A stretch of DNA of 64,000 nucleotides from Lama guanicoe (Eukaryota), in assembly GCA_013239625.1 (NCBI GenBank), contig MU054096.1, positions 409,098-473,097 on the forward strand, given 5' to 3'. The position numbers and the translations under genes were made by a program. The notes under the pieces are model-generated. The model ran no database searches. It was not told the DNA's origin and saw only the letters and a list, made by a program, of their open reading frames with translations. Positions 25,517 to 38,200 of the stretch are shown in pieces; within the stretch, counting starts at the first letter, position 1; the number at the start of each line of letters is the position of its first letter.

Positions 25517-25631
25517 TTTTTATTTTTTGGGGGTAATTAGGTTTATGTACTTAATGGGGACACTGGGGATTAAACCCAGGCCCTCGTGCATGCTAAGCAC
25601 ACACTCTACCACAAAGCTATACCCCACCCCC
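25517..25631 (-). mobile_element. vic-1-like SINE
   Basis: Reverse-complement tRNA-Ala head and tail. Confidence 0.88.
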
Positions 25632-25769
25632 AATAATACTTGATGTATTTCTTTTCATTTGGAAAAGTTTTTTAAAGTACACAGATTTACATAACCAATA
25701 ACCTTGTACCCCAATAACTTCATGAATTAGCTGATCTTAATCTTTGTCATTTTTGTCTTATATAATTTT

Positions 25770-26122
25770 AAACACACTATTTCTCCCACATCTTAGCATC
25801 TTTAAAATTGGGTGCATTTTAAAATTACTGGCATAATATAAAATAGAAAAAAAAGCAAATTTCTTCTGTAGAGCACAGGGAACTATATTCAATATCTTGT
25901 AATAACCTATAATGAAAAAGAATATGAAAACAAATATATGTATGTATATGCATGACTGGGACATTGTGCTGGACACCAGAAACTGACACATTGTAACTGA
26001 CTGTACTTCAATTAAAAATTAAAATAAAATTAATGGTATGTTGTGGCAACTTTTCTCCTGAGTGATATACAAAACAGTAGTGGGTTTTATAATCAAGGTC
26101 ATCTTAGATTTTTGTATAACAG
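25770..26122. mobile_element. MER104-like (Tc2) MITE interrupted by an L1 3' end (about 25835-26025)
   Basis: MER104-like halves; L1 TSD AAAATTACTGGCAT / AAAATTAATGGTAT. Confidence 0.65.
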
Positions 26123-26905
26123 CATGTTTTTTACTATTAAAATAATGTGAAATTACTGATAAAATGAAAGACTTTTTTCTCTCCTACTCCTCAACCTCAC
26201 CCCTGCCAATCTCATCTTCCTTCACTCTCAAGAGGCAAAGAGTTATTATAAATTTAGTGTGTGTCTTTCAGGCTATAATTACATAAATTTTCTTAACATG
26301 TATTGTTCACTGTGTTATTATTTTGCAGGCATTGATCTTTTCTTTTTTTACTTACAATTATATTTTAAAATTGATCCATACTGATTTTTATAGAGATATT
26401 TATTCTATCTCCTATGTCATTTTCTGTTGTATGAATACCCTGTAATTAATTTATCCATTCTCTTATCGATAGACATCTAGGTTGTTCCCAATTCACTTTT
26501 CCAGTTTCATATCATCATAAGAGAAATCTCTAATATTTAGAATTTAATAATCCACATTTAGGAGTGGCAATTCCAGATTGTGTAATATGTACATTTTCAA
26601 TTTTTGGTGTATCTTTAATTTTATCAAGCCTGCATTTAGGGGTGTTTCTAGCCTTCTGAGTGAAATCTGGATTTGTTATTATGTGCACTTTGGTTTTTCT
26701 CTTCTCAAAGGTAAGCCCTTTCTGTTCTGCCTTTCATCTGCTTCATTACCAGAAATCATAATACTGCAGTGAGAAAGTCACTCTTCATAAATGTCACCTT
26801 TGAAACTTCTTCTGTGATGGTTTGTGGGCCATTGGTCCACCGAACCACCCACACTTCTTAAATCATCACTGGGTTTCCAAAGAGTTTCTGTGCTTGAGGG
26901 GCCAC

Positions 26906-27736
26906 CAAATATCCAGAGATGACTGGTGTGTTGCAGTGGATAATCCAGGTTTTCTTCTGTTTTTAAAGGTCATAGATCAGTCATCTGGAGCTGGAGTGTG
27001 AATTTCAAAGACACAGCAGTGGGCAATTTCATTCGGTCCCTCAGTGCCACATCTAGAAATTTACTATAAGAAAGTAATTACAGAAGAACACAAAAACAAA
27101 GTTTGACCTACAGGTAAGTTTATAACAGTGGGACGTAAGAAACCCTGTTAAGTTTCTACAATGGAAGTAACCTTCTGATTTATAAATAAACCAGGGTGGG
27201 TTTCTATGAAAAAAAAATTGCCTCAGAAAGTGCACATAATATGGTGTTAAAATGAAGAAAATGGGGTAAAAGCTAATGTGAAGAGTGTGACTGCTTTTAA
27301 AGAATATGTTCTCGGAGAAATATCTGGGAGGGTGCAGCCAAGGCATAATAGGGGCTGCCTCTGGGATATGGGATTATGGACATTCTCTTATCTTCTTTTT
27401 GTCACCTGTCTTTCTAACTTTTATACAATGAACATATATTTCCTTTTTTGTAACCAAAACAACTGAACGAAATGCGCTGGGATTTTGTTTGCCTGGGTCA
27501 CAATTTTACGTTGAGAATAAACATTGGGAGATGGGTGGGTTGGTAAGGAACTTAGGAGCAAGATGTGCTGAGTAAATATGTTTAATAAAACACGTTATCT
27601 GGGGACAATTTTGAATTTTTTCTTATGCCTTTTCTTTACCCTTATTCTCCAGACTTTTAAAAGGACTCTAAGCACAAATATCCAGAGATGACTGGTGTCT
27701 TGCAGTGGATAATCCAGTTTTTCTTCTGTTTTTAAA
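26906..27736 (+). repeat. 62-bp direct repeat pair (26906-26967 and 27675-27736)
   Basis: 60/62 identical: CAAATATCCAGAGATGACTGGTGT.TTGCAGTGGATAATCCAG.TTTTCTTCTGTTTTTAAA. Confidence 0.95.
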
Positions 27737-28491
27737 AGACTTCTGCACTCACTCCTTCACTTTTGGTGGAGAATGTCTACTCCCAGTAAAGACCTGCCGA
27801 GTGGATTTGATAGCCTTCCTCGATAATACATTTAAGAAAAGGATCTAATGCTTCCTTTAGTTTCTTTTTTTCCCCTTCTTCTTAATTTAGTTTGGGGGAG
27901 ACTGAAATCTCCTTTAGAACAACATTCTCTTTGTAGCTTCAATATTCCTTCCTTAAATCTTCACTGCTGGGGAAAAAAAATACTTAGTCAAAGCAAGCCA
28001 TCAGCTTTCAAATGTTCAAGTCACAGTGTACATGCAGCGGATGTGGTGGCCTGAAGACAGGCTCCTTAATGACTGAGGATACTCAAATGTAAATATTCTA
28101 AAGCTTCTATTGTAGTAAACCAACCAAAACTATTAAAATGTCAAAATTGAATGCTGTTTGGTTCATGGGATATATAGAAAGACCAATGTATGTACCTACT
28201 ACTGCTGATGGCACTTAAAAACAGGGGGGTCAGTTTTCATGGAAGGAAGCCTAACAAAATGCCAGAACGATCAAAAAGAGTTTTCACTCCCCAAGGAAAA
28301 AATGATTTGTACAAAACAATGTACAAAAGGCCATTTGTTTACAAGCCATTCATGATGTAACTCAGACGCACTGGTGTCAGAATTCCAACTTTGAGTCACC
28401 AACTCTAGGATCCATAAAATGACAGCATTGTAGAGATGGAAGGAAACTTAAAAGTGTAAGTAGATGGCCTTAAAGAATTTAGAAGATTGTA

Positions 28492-28569
28492 GGGGCAGGG
28501 TATAGCTCAGTGGTGGAGTGTGTGCTTAACCATGCACCAGGCCCTTGTGTTTCATCCCCAGTCCCTCCA

Positions 28570-28620
<51 letters not shown>

Positions 28621-28660
28621 AACAAACCTAGTTACCCATTCCCACAAAAAAAAAAAAAAA
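28492..28660 (+). mobile_element. vic-1-like SINE with internal (TAAA)n microsatellite (about 28570-28620)
   Basis: tRNA-Ala head; about 13 TAAA units; poly-A end. Confidence 0.9.
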
Positions 28661-29623
28661 GTTTAAATGGTTGTCTGATGGTCCCCCAAGTGACGACTAT
28701 AGAAGACGTTTTGCGGCTGATGGTTCTGTAATTACGAGTTAGTTACACATCTTTCAAGCAAAGCCAGAGCTCTCTGTAATCAGGAGACTCCCCATGAAAA
28801 TGAGCTGTTGGTCCAGGCAGAGTCATGCTGAGAGGACATCAGGGCTCTCCTTCACCTTTCTGCTTTCTAAAGAGGAAGAAATGGAGGTGCAGAAAGATCA
28901 AGTGACCGGTGCAAGGTCAATGGCCAGTGGACTTGCCTTAACTGCTTCCTGGGTGAGAGTGTGGGAACTGGGGCAGCCCCGTGACTTGCGCAGACTCTGA
29001 GCTGGGATATTTGGATGAAAGCGAAGAGATGCAGAGACAAGTGCTGGCTAAGTACACCTCGTGCCAGAGCTGCGCCCCGCCCTCCGCATTCCAGACAGAC
29101 AAAAGCTCTGGAAGTGGTGTGAATGGCACCCACTCGACCCCCACCATTAACCTCAAAGAGGTGTTAATTTCACAGTCAAACTGAGGACCATTTAAATTCA
29201 GGCAGTGTCAGAAAACAAGCATTTATTTGGAACCAAAAGAACAATTTGTCTCTTTTCTTTTTGCATTGTCTGGCCCATTCATTTCCCCAGAATAAAGCAT
29301 CTTCAAACAAACTTTCCCTGCTTCTAGGATGCCCAACCCCAGGCTAGGCAAACAGGACCTCTAAACGGAAGGAAAGGCCCTCCCACACCCTCTGCTGAAG
29401 GCAGCAGCAAGAACTGATCCTTGCCTCCAAAGAGGAGGAAATGAAACTCAGGCAGGACACACTTGTTCTTCTGAATGTCCCCTCTTACCGGTGACGTCAC
29501 GACGTCCTTCCAGAGTCCATCTAAGTTATTGGGGTGAACACTCTTCCTCTCAAACCACCAGTCTTGTTCATGACTGCATTGTTACAGTTTTGGATGATTA
29601 ATTTTACGTTTCTTTATTCAAGT

Positions 29624-29840
29624 CGTGGTTTCTCAGTCTTGGGCACTGTCTACATTTGGACCAGATAATTCTTTGGTGCTGGGCGGGGAGGCTGTCCTGG
29701 GTATTGCTGGCTGTTAAGCAGCATCCCTGACTTCCTCTCACTTTCCCCACAATCAGTTGCCAGCAGCAACTTCTCCCTCGCTCTCCCCATTCATGACCAC
29801 TGGGAATGTCTCCAGCCATTTCCAAATGCCCCGGCTGAGA
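29624..29840 (-). mobile_element. MER20
   Basis: GGTTTCTCAGTCTTGGGCACT..ACATTTGGACCAGATAATTCTTTG..GGCTGTCCTG. Confidence 0.75.
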
Positions 29841-30142
29841 TCTAGTCCCAGCAGGGCATGTCACCAGAAGGCTGTTCTATTCTAACCCCAAAAGGCACCC
29901 GATGCCTTTCCCAGAGCTGAGCCCACATCCCACGGTTTTGGCTTCCTGATCGTCTTGGTACTAGTCTACTGGACCATCTACCACATTGAAATGAAAGTCA
30001 AAACCCAGGAATGCTGGATGATTGGAGAAATCACAGGAATATGAATCAATTTAATTCTTCCTTCTCCTCCATCTTGATTACTTCACTCTATAGTTATTAG
30101 CACCAACCTGTGTTCTCTGTACTTCAATATATTACTGTTTTA

Positions 30143-30465
30143 GAAATAGACTCACAGACATAGAAAAACAAAGTGTGCTTACCAAAGGGAAAAGATGGGG
30201 AGGGATAAATTAGGAGTTTAGGATTAACAGATACACTCTACTGAATATAAAATAGATAAACAACAAAGCACAGGGAACTATATTCAATTTCTTGTAATAA
30301 GGTATAATGGAAAAGAATCTGAAAATATATGTGTATGTATTTATTTTCAGACTGAATAAGTACTTACTGAATATTTCAGTATGTATATGTATAACTGAAT
30401 TGCTTTGCTGTACTCCTGAAACTAACATTGTAAATCAACTACACTTCAATAAAAAATAAAATTTT
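30143..30465 (+). mobile_element. L1 3' UTR fragment (older subfamily)
   Basis: GAAATAGACTCACAGACATAGAAAA...AAATCAACTACACTTCAATAAAAA. Confidence 0.88.
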
Positions 30466-31189
30466 AAAAATATGTATTACTGTCTTGCTAAGTATCCTGC
30501 ATAATAATAATACTTACCATGTACTGAACCCTGCTGAGTGTCAGGTTTGTGTTACAAACAACCTGGAGAGTTAGGCACCAGCTGTCCTGGTGTCACTAGA
30601 ATGGGAACACCATCAGGGCTGGAAGCACCTCTCGAATTTAGCAAGATGCCCCCAGGGCTTTCCATAGGGGCCAGTGTGTGAGGGCACAAATCACACTACC
30701 CAGTACATATTCTTTAAAACGCATCAAAGATTGAATAGATTTTATGGAAGATCTTTGCATAACCTAAACCCAGACTTTGGACAAGCCCCATTTTCTTTAT
30801 TTTTCAAACATACCCAGAATACATTCATTTCTCACTGCCTTTACTATCACCGTCCTGACCCCGGCCATACATGCATATTTCAGATCCACCAAAGCAGATG
30901 ATGACATTCAGCCCTGTGTGTTTTTGTCTCGTTTTGTTTTCCCCAATTAGATTGCTGCTTAGAAGTTTTCCCTTTATAAGCATGTTTTATGAGAGAATGC
31001 TTAATTGTCTCTTGAATCCATCCCATTAACTGTCTGGCACTTCAGTTTGCTCCTCTGTGACCCAGAGATAACTTCTAGCCTATCTCCCTGGTGGGGAAGA
31101 TTCCATGATAGTGAAGGCAAAGATGCTTTGAAACCCGATAAAAGAGCTTAAGACCAGTGGGACAGAAGATGCATCATCATCATAACTCC

Positions 31190-31390
31190 ATTTGTTGAAG
31201 GTCAACGTGCCAGGCATTGGGTGGTTTACACATTTTGCTTCTGATGCTCACAGCAGCCTTGCAAAGTGTTACTACCCTTGGTTTAGAGACCGGAAACTGA
31301 GGCTCAGAGAGACGCAGTCACAAGCTCGGGGGCCCTCTGCCAGGAATTGAGAAAGCCAGTTTTCAAACCTGGTTTTTCGTGGCCCTGAAG
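31190..31390 (-). mobile_element. MIR
   Basis: GGAAACTGAGGCTCAGAGAG core. Confidence 0.65.
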
Positions 31391-31661
31391 TCACTTCCTC
31401 ACACAGACATTCAGAGGCTACCCCTGGAGGTTCAGATGTAACTGGTCTGTAGGGAGGCTTGGGCTTGGAGATCTTTGGAAGATCCTGAGGAGTTTAGCAG
31501 GCAGCAGTGTTAGAGAACTCATAGGCTTAACTGCCCATAAAGAGACTAGTGACTAAGTTAAAGAAAATGCATGCAATAGAATTATACATGATCAAGAATA
31601 TATGAAAAATACAGTATTATCACAGGCATAATGTAATACAATCCTCCCCTCAAAATTAAAA

Positions 31662-31876
31662 AAGAATATATGAAAAAGAATATGAAAATGAATATATGTA
31701 TGTATATGTGTGACTGAAACATGATGCTGTACACCAGAAATTGACACATTGTAACTGACTATAGTTCAATTAAAAATATATATACATATATGTATAACTG
31801 AACCACTATGCTGTACACCAGAAGCTAACACAACACTGTACACTGACTATACTTCAATAAAAATAAAAATAAAATA
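31662..31876 (+). mobile_element. Two tandem L1 3' termini
   Basis: GCTGTACACCAGAA...GACTATA.TTCAAT occurs twice, each with an A-rich end. Confidence 0.8.
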
Positions 31877-33189
31877 CAATGATAGTCCAACTCACCCCCC
31901 AAAAGAATTATATGTGATCGAAAGTGCATCACTCTAGCCAAAGCAACAAAGAGAAATTTTCATCATTTTTAAGGATGACTTTAGATGGCCCTGGATATGC
32001 ACACGGCATTTATTATAGTGGGAAACTCATGTTTATGGATATGTAAAGGGATTGAATGGTGGCTGAATCACTGAAGAAACAAAAGAATGACACAGCTCAG
32101 CAACTACATCAGGAAAGGTGCATCCTTTTTGTTTTTATTTATTTTTAATGTTTGCATTTGGGCAAATTGAGAAGACCCATGGATTTGAAGTCAAGAGAAT
32201 TGTGTTTGAATATCCACTGTGGAAAAGGCAGATAAGCTCTCTGGAACTCAGTTTTATTATTTGTCAAAATGGGAAAATGATCCCACAGCTTTTGGGGTAA
32301 CAATATTGTTGGCTGTGAAAACGAAACTTCCTAAGTTGTAAAGTGTTATAGAAATGCAAGGGAATATTATTTTTATTATACAAGCAAGAAAAATCCAGCA
32401 AGTATAACTTTGACCAACAGTTCTCAAACTTGGGCATATATCAGAATCATCTGGAGAGCTGGTAAACGTGATCCCTGACCCAGCTCTTGAGTCTGTGCAT
32501 GGGGAGACTACACGTTACACAGCACTGCCTTAGACAAAGTGATGACACATGATGCTTAACCAGCAGCAACATAGTTCGCTCTCCTCTTCCCTCTCCCAAG
32601 GCATCTCAACTCCTCCTTTAGTTCTCCTTATCTTCTCCAAGCCTCAGAAACAGCTTCTTGGAAAGAAAAAAAAAATTAGCATCCTTCATTCACATTTATG
32701 AATAAATAGACAGTTTTGTGCACTACTTCATCTCATAATATCAGAATTTTAAGACAAATTATGGAACATAAATTTGCTCATCTGCTTAAAGGGTTAACAG
32801 GCTTGAACCAGTAAGTACTGTTTTATCATGGTGGGTGGGAGGAGAGAGGATGAAATATCAGCTTAGGTTTGAGAATAAAAAAGAACAAAGATGGAGAGGG
32901 ACAGGAAAGAGGATGTCTACAGGAGATGGATTTCAAAGATTTGATGAGTTTAAGCCCCTGACTAACAAATGCAGCTGGGTTTTCACTGGAGTATTCTTCT
33001 TGTCTAAAGAAAATGAGGTAGTCCCGTGGCAAAATTTATTTGGTGGGAACACAGTTCCAGCATGCTAGGAGATCAGATGATAAATCCCTAACTATAAAAA
33101 CATTCATCTAACAAATTTAAAAATAAATTACTCTTCTCGGTAAGTAACACAGTCACATGACTCAAAAGGCTACGGGAAATCAGTGAAAA

Positions 33190-35392
33190 CTGTGGAGTAG
33201 GAAGCTCTTGCTATTTGTCCCTCACCAGAAACACAAAAATCTGCTTAAAAAAAAAAAAAACTATCAGAATTAACCTTACCGAACTCTGGGAGATAACCAA
33301 AGGTTTATAGCAATCATTCAAATGCTTATCCAAGAAAAGGCTACTGAAACATGGTAGGACATTTTGGTGGCATTTCCTTTTGCCCAGCCCCACCATTCTC
33401 CCCATTGGGGCAGTGGTCTTCAAAACAGCAGCCCACATTCCCCATGTGGGAACCAGGTCTCAGAAGGAGCAAAGAAGATCTTGATCCTGAGGAATTGTGC
33501 AGGTGTATTTTGTAAGACATCATACGTGACAACAACAGCATTAAGGGGATGGATGGAGATGTATAGGAGAAGAATTTTGTACACCATTGAGGCAAAGTTG
33601 TATAAAGTGAATCTAGATTCTGTTCATTGTAATCCCCAAGATAACCACTAAGAGTATAATTTTAAAATATATGGAAAAGTTAATGATAAAGGAATCAAAA
33701 TGGTACACTACCAAAAAAAAAATCAGTTACAGAAGACAGCAATTGAGGAATTGAGTGGAAAAAAAGATGTAAGACTTATTGAAGACAAAGAGAAAAATGG
33801 TAGAAGCCCTTCCTTGTCAGAAAATTACTTTAAATGTAAACGGATTAAACCCTCTAGTTTAACAGCAGAGATTGGTAGAATGGATTAAAAAAAAAAAAGC
33901 AGGATACATCTATTTGTTGTCTAAAAGAGCTCCACTTTAGAGTCAAAGACACACAATGTTTGAAAGTAAAAGATAAAAAAAAGGTATCACATGGAAATAG
34001 CAACCAAAAGGGTAGCTATACGATATGACAAAATAGACTTTAAAGGAAAGTTGTTACAAGAGAAAAAGATGGACATTATATATTGATAAAAGTGTCAATC
34101 CACCAAGATGATGTAACAATGTAAAACATACGCAGCAGACTACTGAATTATGTGGCAGTTAGGGTTACTGACCCTCTGCACAGTTGAAAACCTGTGTGTA
34201 ACTTATGGTTGACCCATTGTATCTGTGGTTCCTTAGTATCCACGGTTCCACCATTCCTGCAGTTCCACATCCAGAGAATCAACCAACTGCAGACTATACA
34301 ATACTGCAGAATTTACTACTGAAAAAAAAAATTCCACATATAAGTGGACCCATGCAGTTCAAATCCATGTTGTTCAAGGGTCATTCTATATATCCAATAA
34401 GAGGGCCCTGAAATATATGAAGCAAAAATGAACAGAAATGAAAGGAGAAAAAGACAGTTTATAATAATAGTTGTACATGGTAATACCTTATTTTCAATAA
34501 AGGATAGAACAGGTAAACAAAAGGTTATTATGAAAATAGAGGACTTGAACAATGCTACTAACAATTAAATCTAATAAACATATACAGAATTCTCCACCCA
34601 AAAGCAGAATATACATTCTTCTCAAGTGCATGTGTAACGATCTCTGAATAGGATCCCTTACATTCAGGAGAGCCACAAAGCAAATCTCAATAAATTAAAA
34701 AAGATTGAAGTCATCAAAGTCCTTTCTCTGATCATGAAGAAATGATGCCAGAAATCAATAACAGAAAGAAAACTGAAAAATTCACATATATGTGGAAATT
34801 AAACATCACCTGCTTAAGGAACCAACAGCTCAAGGAAGAAATCACCGGGAAATTCAAAAATATTCTGAGATAAATGAAAATAAAAACACAACATACCAAA
34901 CTTATGAGATGTAGTCTAAGCAATGCTCAGAGGGAAATTCATAGCTATGAATGCCTCCCTTAAATAAGAACCAAGATTTCAAGTTGATAACCTAACTTTA
35001 TACTGTATGAAGTAGGAAAAAAGAACAAACTAAATCTGAAGTTGGCAGAAAGAAGGAAATTGAATTAAACATAAGGTTGGAGATAAGTGAAATAGAGTAT
35101 AAAAAACAATGAAAAATCAAAGAGGAAATTAAAAATAGCTGGAGACAAATGAAAATCCCAAATCTATAGGATGCAGTAAAGTCTGTTCTAAGAGGGAAGT
35201 GTATAGTGATATAAGCTTATCTCAGGAAGTAAGAAAAATATCTACTAAACAACCTAACCTTACACCTAAAGGAACTAGAAAAAGGAGAACAAAACCCAAA
35301 GCTAGTAGAGGGAAAGAAATCACGAAGATTAGAGCAGAAATAAATGAAACAGAGACTGAAAAACACTAGAAAAGATCAATGAAACTAAGAGT
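33190..35392 (+). mobile_element. Old L1 internal fragments (inter-ORF and ORF2 endonuclease region), non-coding
   Basis: A-rich; L1 ORF2-type text (GCAGAATATACATTCTTCTCAAGTGCA; AAAAGATCAATGAAACTAAGAG); many stops. Confidence 0.85.
34133..34389. mobile_element. Tigger2-derived MITE nested in the L1
   Basis: End TATAAGTGGACCCATGCAGTTCAAATCCATGTTGTTCAAGGGTCA matches the Tigger2-type terminus. Confidence 0.75.
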
Positions 35393-36403
35393 TTCGTACA
35401 TACTCTTAAACCTATCTTTTTCCCCAGTAAAATCAATCATGTCGTAAGAACGAATCTTCACTTTGTTGTCTCAGTTAACGACATATATATATATATATAT
35501 ACCCAGAAGATAGGCCCTGGAAATCTCCCCAGATGAACACATGGAGGTGACCCTCATTTTCAACAACTGCAGGTCCCCCACTGTGAAAACACTCATTCCT
35601 CTGGAGACCCACCGAATACCATGCAGCCTCTGGAAAACAATTATAACTCTTCTGATGGAGGCATTAGCTAATGCCATGGTGGTAATCGTTTTGCAATATA
35701 TACGTGCATCTCATCAACACATTGTACACCTTAGTGGTAGGTCAATTAGATCTCAGTAAAGCTGGGGGGTGGGAGGAGGAAAGAAAGCAAAGTTCAGCAC
35801 TCTCCTGCCTTTATTTCCAATCTCAATAATCAGTTCTGCTTTTCATGAAAAGCCTAAATTACCCAAATGACCCCAAAGCAAAGACCCTACCAGGATGCAG
35901 ATGCAAGATGATTAATCTCATGCTTTTCCCTATATATCCCTTTCCCGCGGCCTTCTCCTCACGTCAGGAAATATTTGGGACTGGTGATAGTGATTGAGAT
36001 TCTGCAGGATATAAACCCTAACCGTTGTCATTTTAGCATTTTATCCATATCTGACAGTGAGTAGGAAGCCAGGGTGAGAAAAAAGACACCTGCCCTAAGG
36101 CTGCAGAATTTGTCATAGGACGCAATCTTTGATTCCGATTCTTGAGTCAACCTTCATGGGCTCCCAAGCATCTCAAGTAGCTTCTCTCTTGCAAGCATCA
36201 AAGGAAACCAGCGATTCTCAGCTGCTTCAGTAATCGGAATCAGAAAAGAAAGTGGTTAGTAATGTGCTGAAATAAACCCAATCGAACTCCAGATTTCGGC
36301 AAACCTGAAAGACATTATTTTTCTTAACATGTATGCTTAACACAATGGGTGAACAGATGAAAAGGAAGTGAGTTTGCACAAGGTACCATGTCTTGGTTGT
36401 GAT

Positions 36404-36957
36404 TCAGCAGACCTTGGTGTAGATTCGCTCCACCTACAAGTTAAGTTTCTGATAACTCGGCATCAGCTGCCTGTCTCAGTCCTGTTACTCCTTCCAGAGC
36501 AGGGCCCACTCCACCTCCTCATCGTCCATAAACCATCTCATAGTGACGCCTTCTCCACAGTGGCATCACTCACTCTGCGGCATCCACAGCGTCCAGGCTA
36601 GCAACACAGACGTGCGGACTGCTGAGGAAGGCTGTTCTTTGGGTCTAAGTGGAAATCTACCAGGGATGGAAATGTACCAGCCCGTGCTCACTGAAGGCCA
36701 GCTCCTCCTCCTCCTGTGATAACTTCTGCTCTCCCGAGGCCAGTAGCTCAAAATGCTCTGCAAGACCCCTGGAAAATCTCTCAGCACCGACCTCCTCTCG
36801 GCCCAGGCCCCTCGTGGATCACAGCCGCTGGGACGTGGACTCAGCGTCTCTCTCTGCGCCTCCGCCTCCCTCCAGGCCTCTACCACCCTGGCCCCGAGCC
36901 TCTGCTCCTGCTTTACCTCCTCCACCATGAGGCTGAAGAAGTCCAGGACGCACTGAA
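36404..36957 (-). pseudogene. Candidate decayed coding exon or retrocopy (helical protein; weak bMERB-like resemblance)
   Basis: GC-rich and GAG/CAG-codon-rich; strong acceptor TCTTCTCCCTGGCCTTCCAG; protein-like pieces spread over frames with stops and frameshifts. Confidence 0.45.
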
Positions 36958-37199
36958 CTGGAAGGCCAGGGAGAAGACTGGCAGACCCTGCGCTGGGGAC
37001 CAGCGTGGCCCCAGGGCTGGGTGCTCAGCAGCGGCTCCTTGGGAGGCTCCAGGCTCCTGGGCGTATTGTCTTAAATCGCTGATTTGAATTACTGTGTAAA
37101 TGGTGGTTTTGTTCCATTAATGATGCTAATGAATTGCTAACAAGATTCTAAATTTTAAAAAGAAGCAAAATCTGGCGCGAGAGCGAGGGAGGGGAATAG

Positions 37200-37576
37200 A
37201 GAGAGACAGAGACAGAGAGAGACAGAGACAGAGAGATTTTAAGGAACAGGCTCACCTGATTGTGGTACCTGGCGAGGCTTGAAATCTGTAGGACTGGTTG
37301 GCAGGCTGGAAACCCTTAAGCAGGACCTGAAACCATAGTCTCAAGTCCAAATTTCTTCTTCTCCAGGAAACCTCAGTTTTTGCTCTGAAGGCCTTCAACT
37401 GATTGGATGAAGCCCACCTACATTATTGATGGTTGACTTCTCCACTTGAAGTCAACTGATTATAGATGTTAACCACGTCTACAAAAATACCTTCACAGCG
37501 ACACCCGAGGTAGCATTTCATTAAATAACTGGGTAGCATAGTCTAACCAAGTTGGCACATAAAATTGAGCATCACA
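37200..37576 (-). mobile_element. MLT2 (ERVL) LTR
   Basis: GGCCTTCAACTGATTGGATGAAGCCCACC...CCAAGTTGGCACATAAAATTGAGCATCACA; AG-rich repeat at its edge. Confidence 0.85.
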
Positions 37577-37730
37577 CCTGCCCGTCTGATTTGTAAATAC
37601 CCAAGCTGGAACAGCGGCTGCGCTGAGGACTTAGCGAGTGTGCTACTGCCACCGCCTACCTCAATTATTTCTGGCCCAGGTCTCTTCTTTCTTCTAGAGA
37701 TGTCTGTTGTCTTTCAAAGTTTCAGTCTGC

Positions 37731-37933
37731 TTTTTTTTTTAATTGAAGTATAGTCAGTCTACAATGTTGTGTCAATTTCTGGTGCACAGCACAATGCTTC
37801 AGTCATACATGAACATACATATATTCATTTTCATATTCTTTTTCATTATAGGTGACTACAAGATATTGAATATAGTTCCCTGTGCTAGACAATATAAACT
37901 TGTTTATCTATTATATATAGATTAGTCAGTATC
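37731..37933 (-). mobile_element. L1 3' terminal fragment
   Basis: TSD CAGTCTGCTTTT on both sides. Confidence 0.9.
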
Positions 37934-38074
37934 CAGTCTGCTTTTATCTTTAGTTCAGGCTGGCCTTCCCTTCCTGGGCTGTCCAGAAATGTGCCTCCCC
38001 TGGGCCCCAGCTAGGCTGCTGGCTACGCTTGTGTCTGGTAACTGGAGCGGTATAAGACTTCGTAATCATTGTCT

Positions 38075-38200
38075 ATGCTGTGGCGGCCATGGTTGTGTTG
38101 CGCACAGCTCTGGGCGGTGGGATTCATATCCTAGACTACGTGGATGGTAACCTCTAGAGAAGGACAGTGTATAGCTTTACAACCATACTCAGAAACCCAG
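38075..38200. mobile_element. MER91B-like palindromic MITE
   Basis: GGTTGTG..GCACAGCTCTGGGCGG..ATTCA...TCTAGAG..ACAACCATAC imperfect palindrome. Confidence 0.5.
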
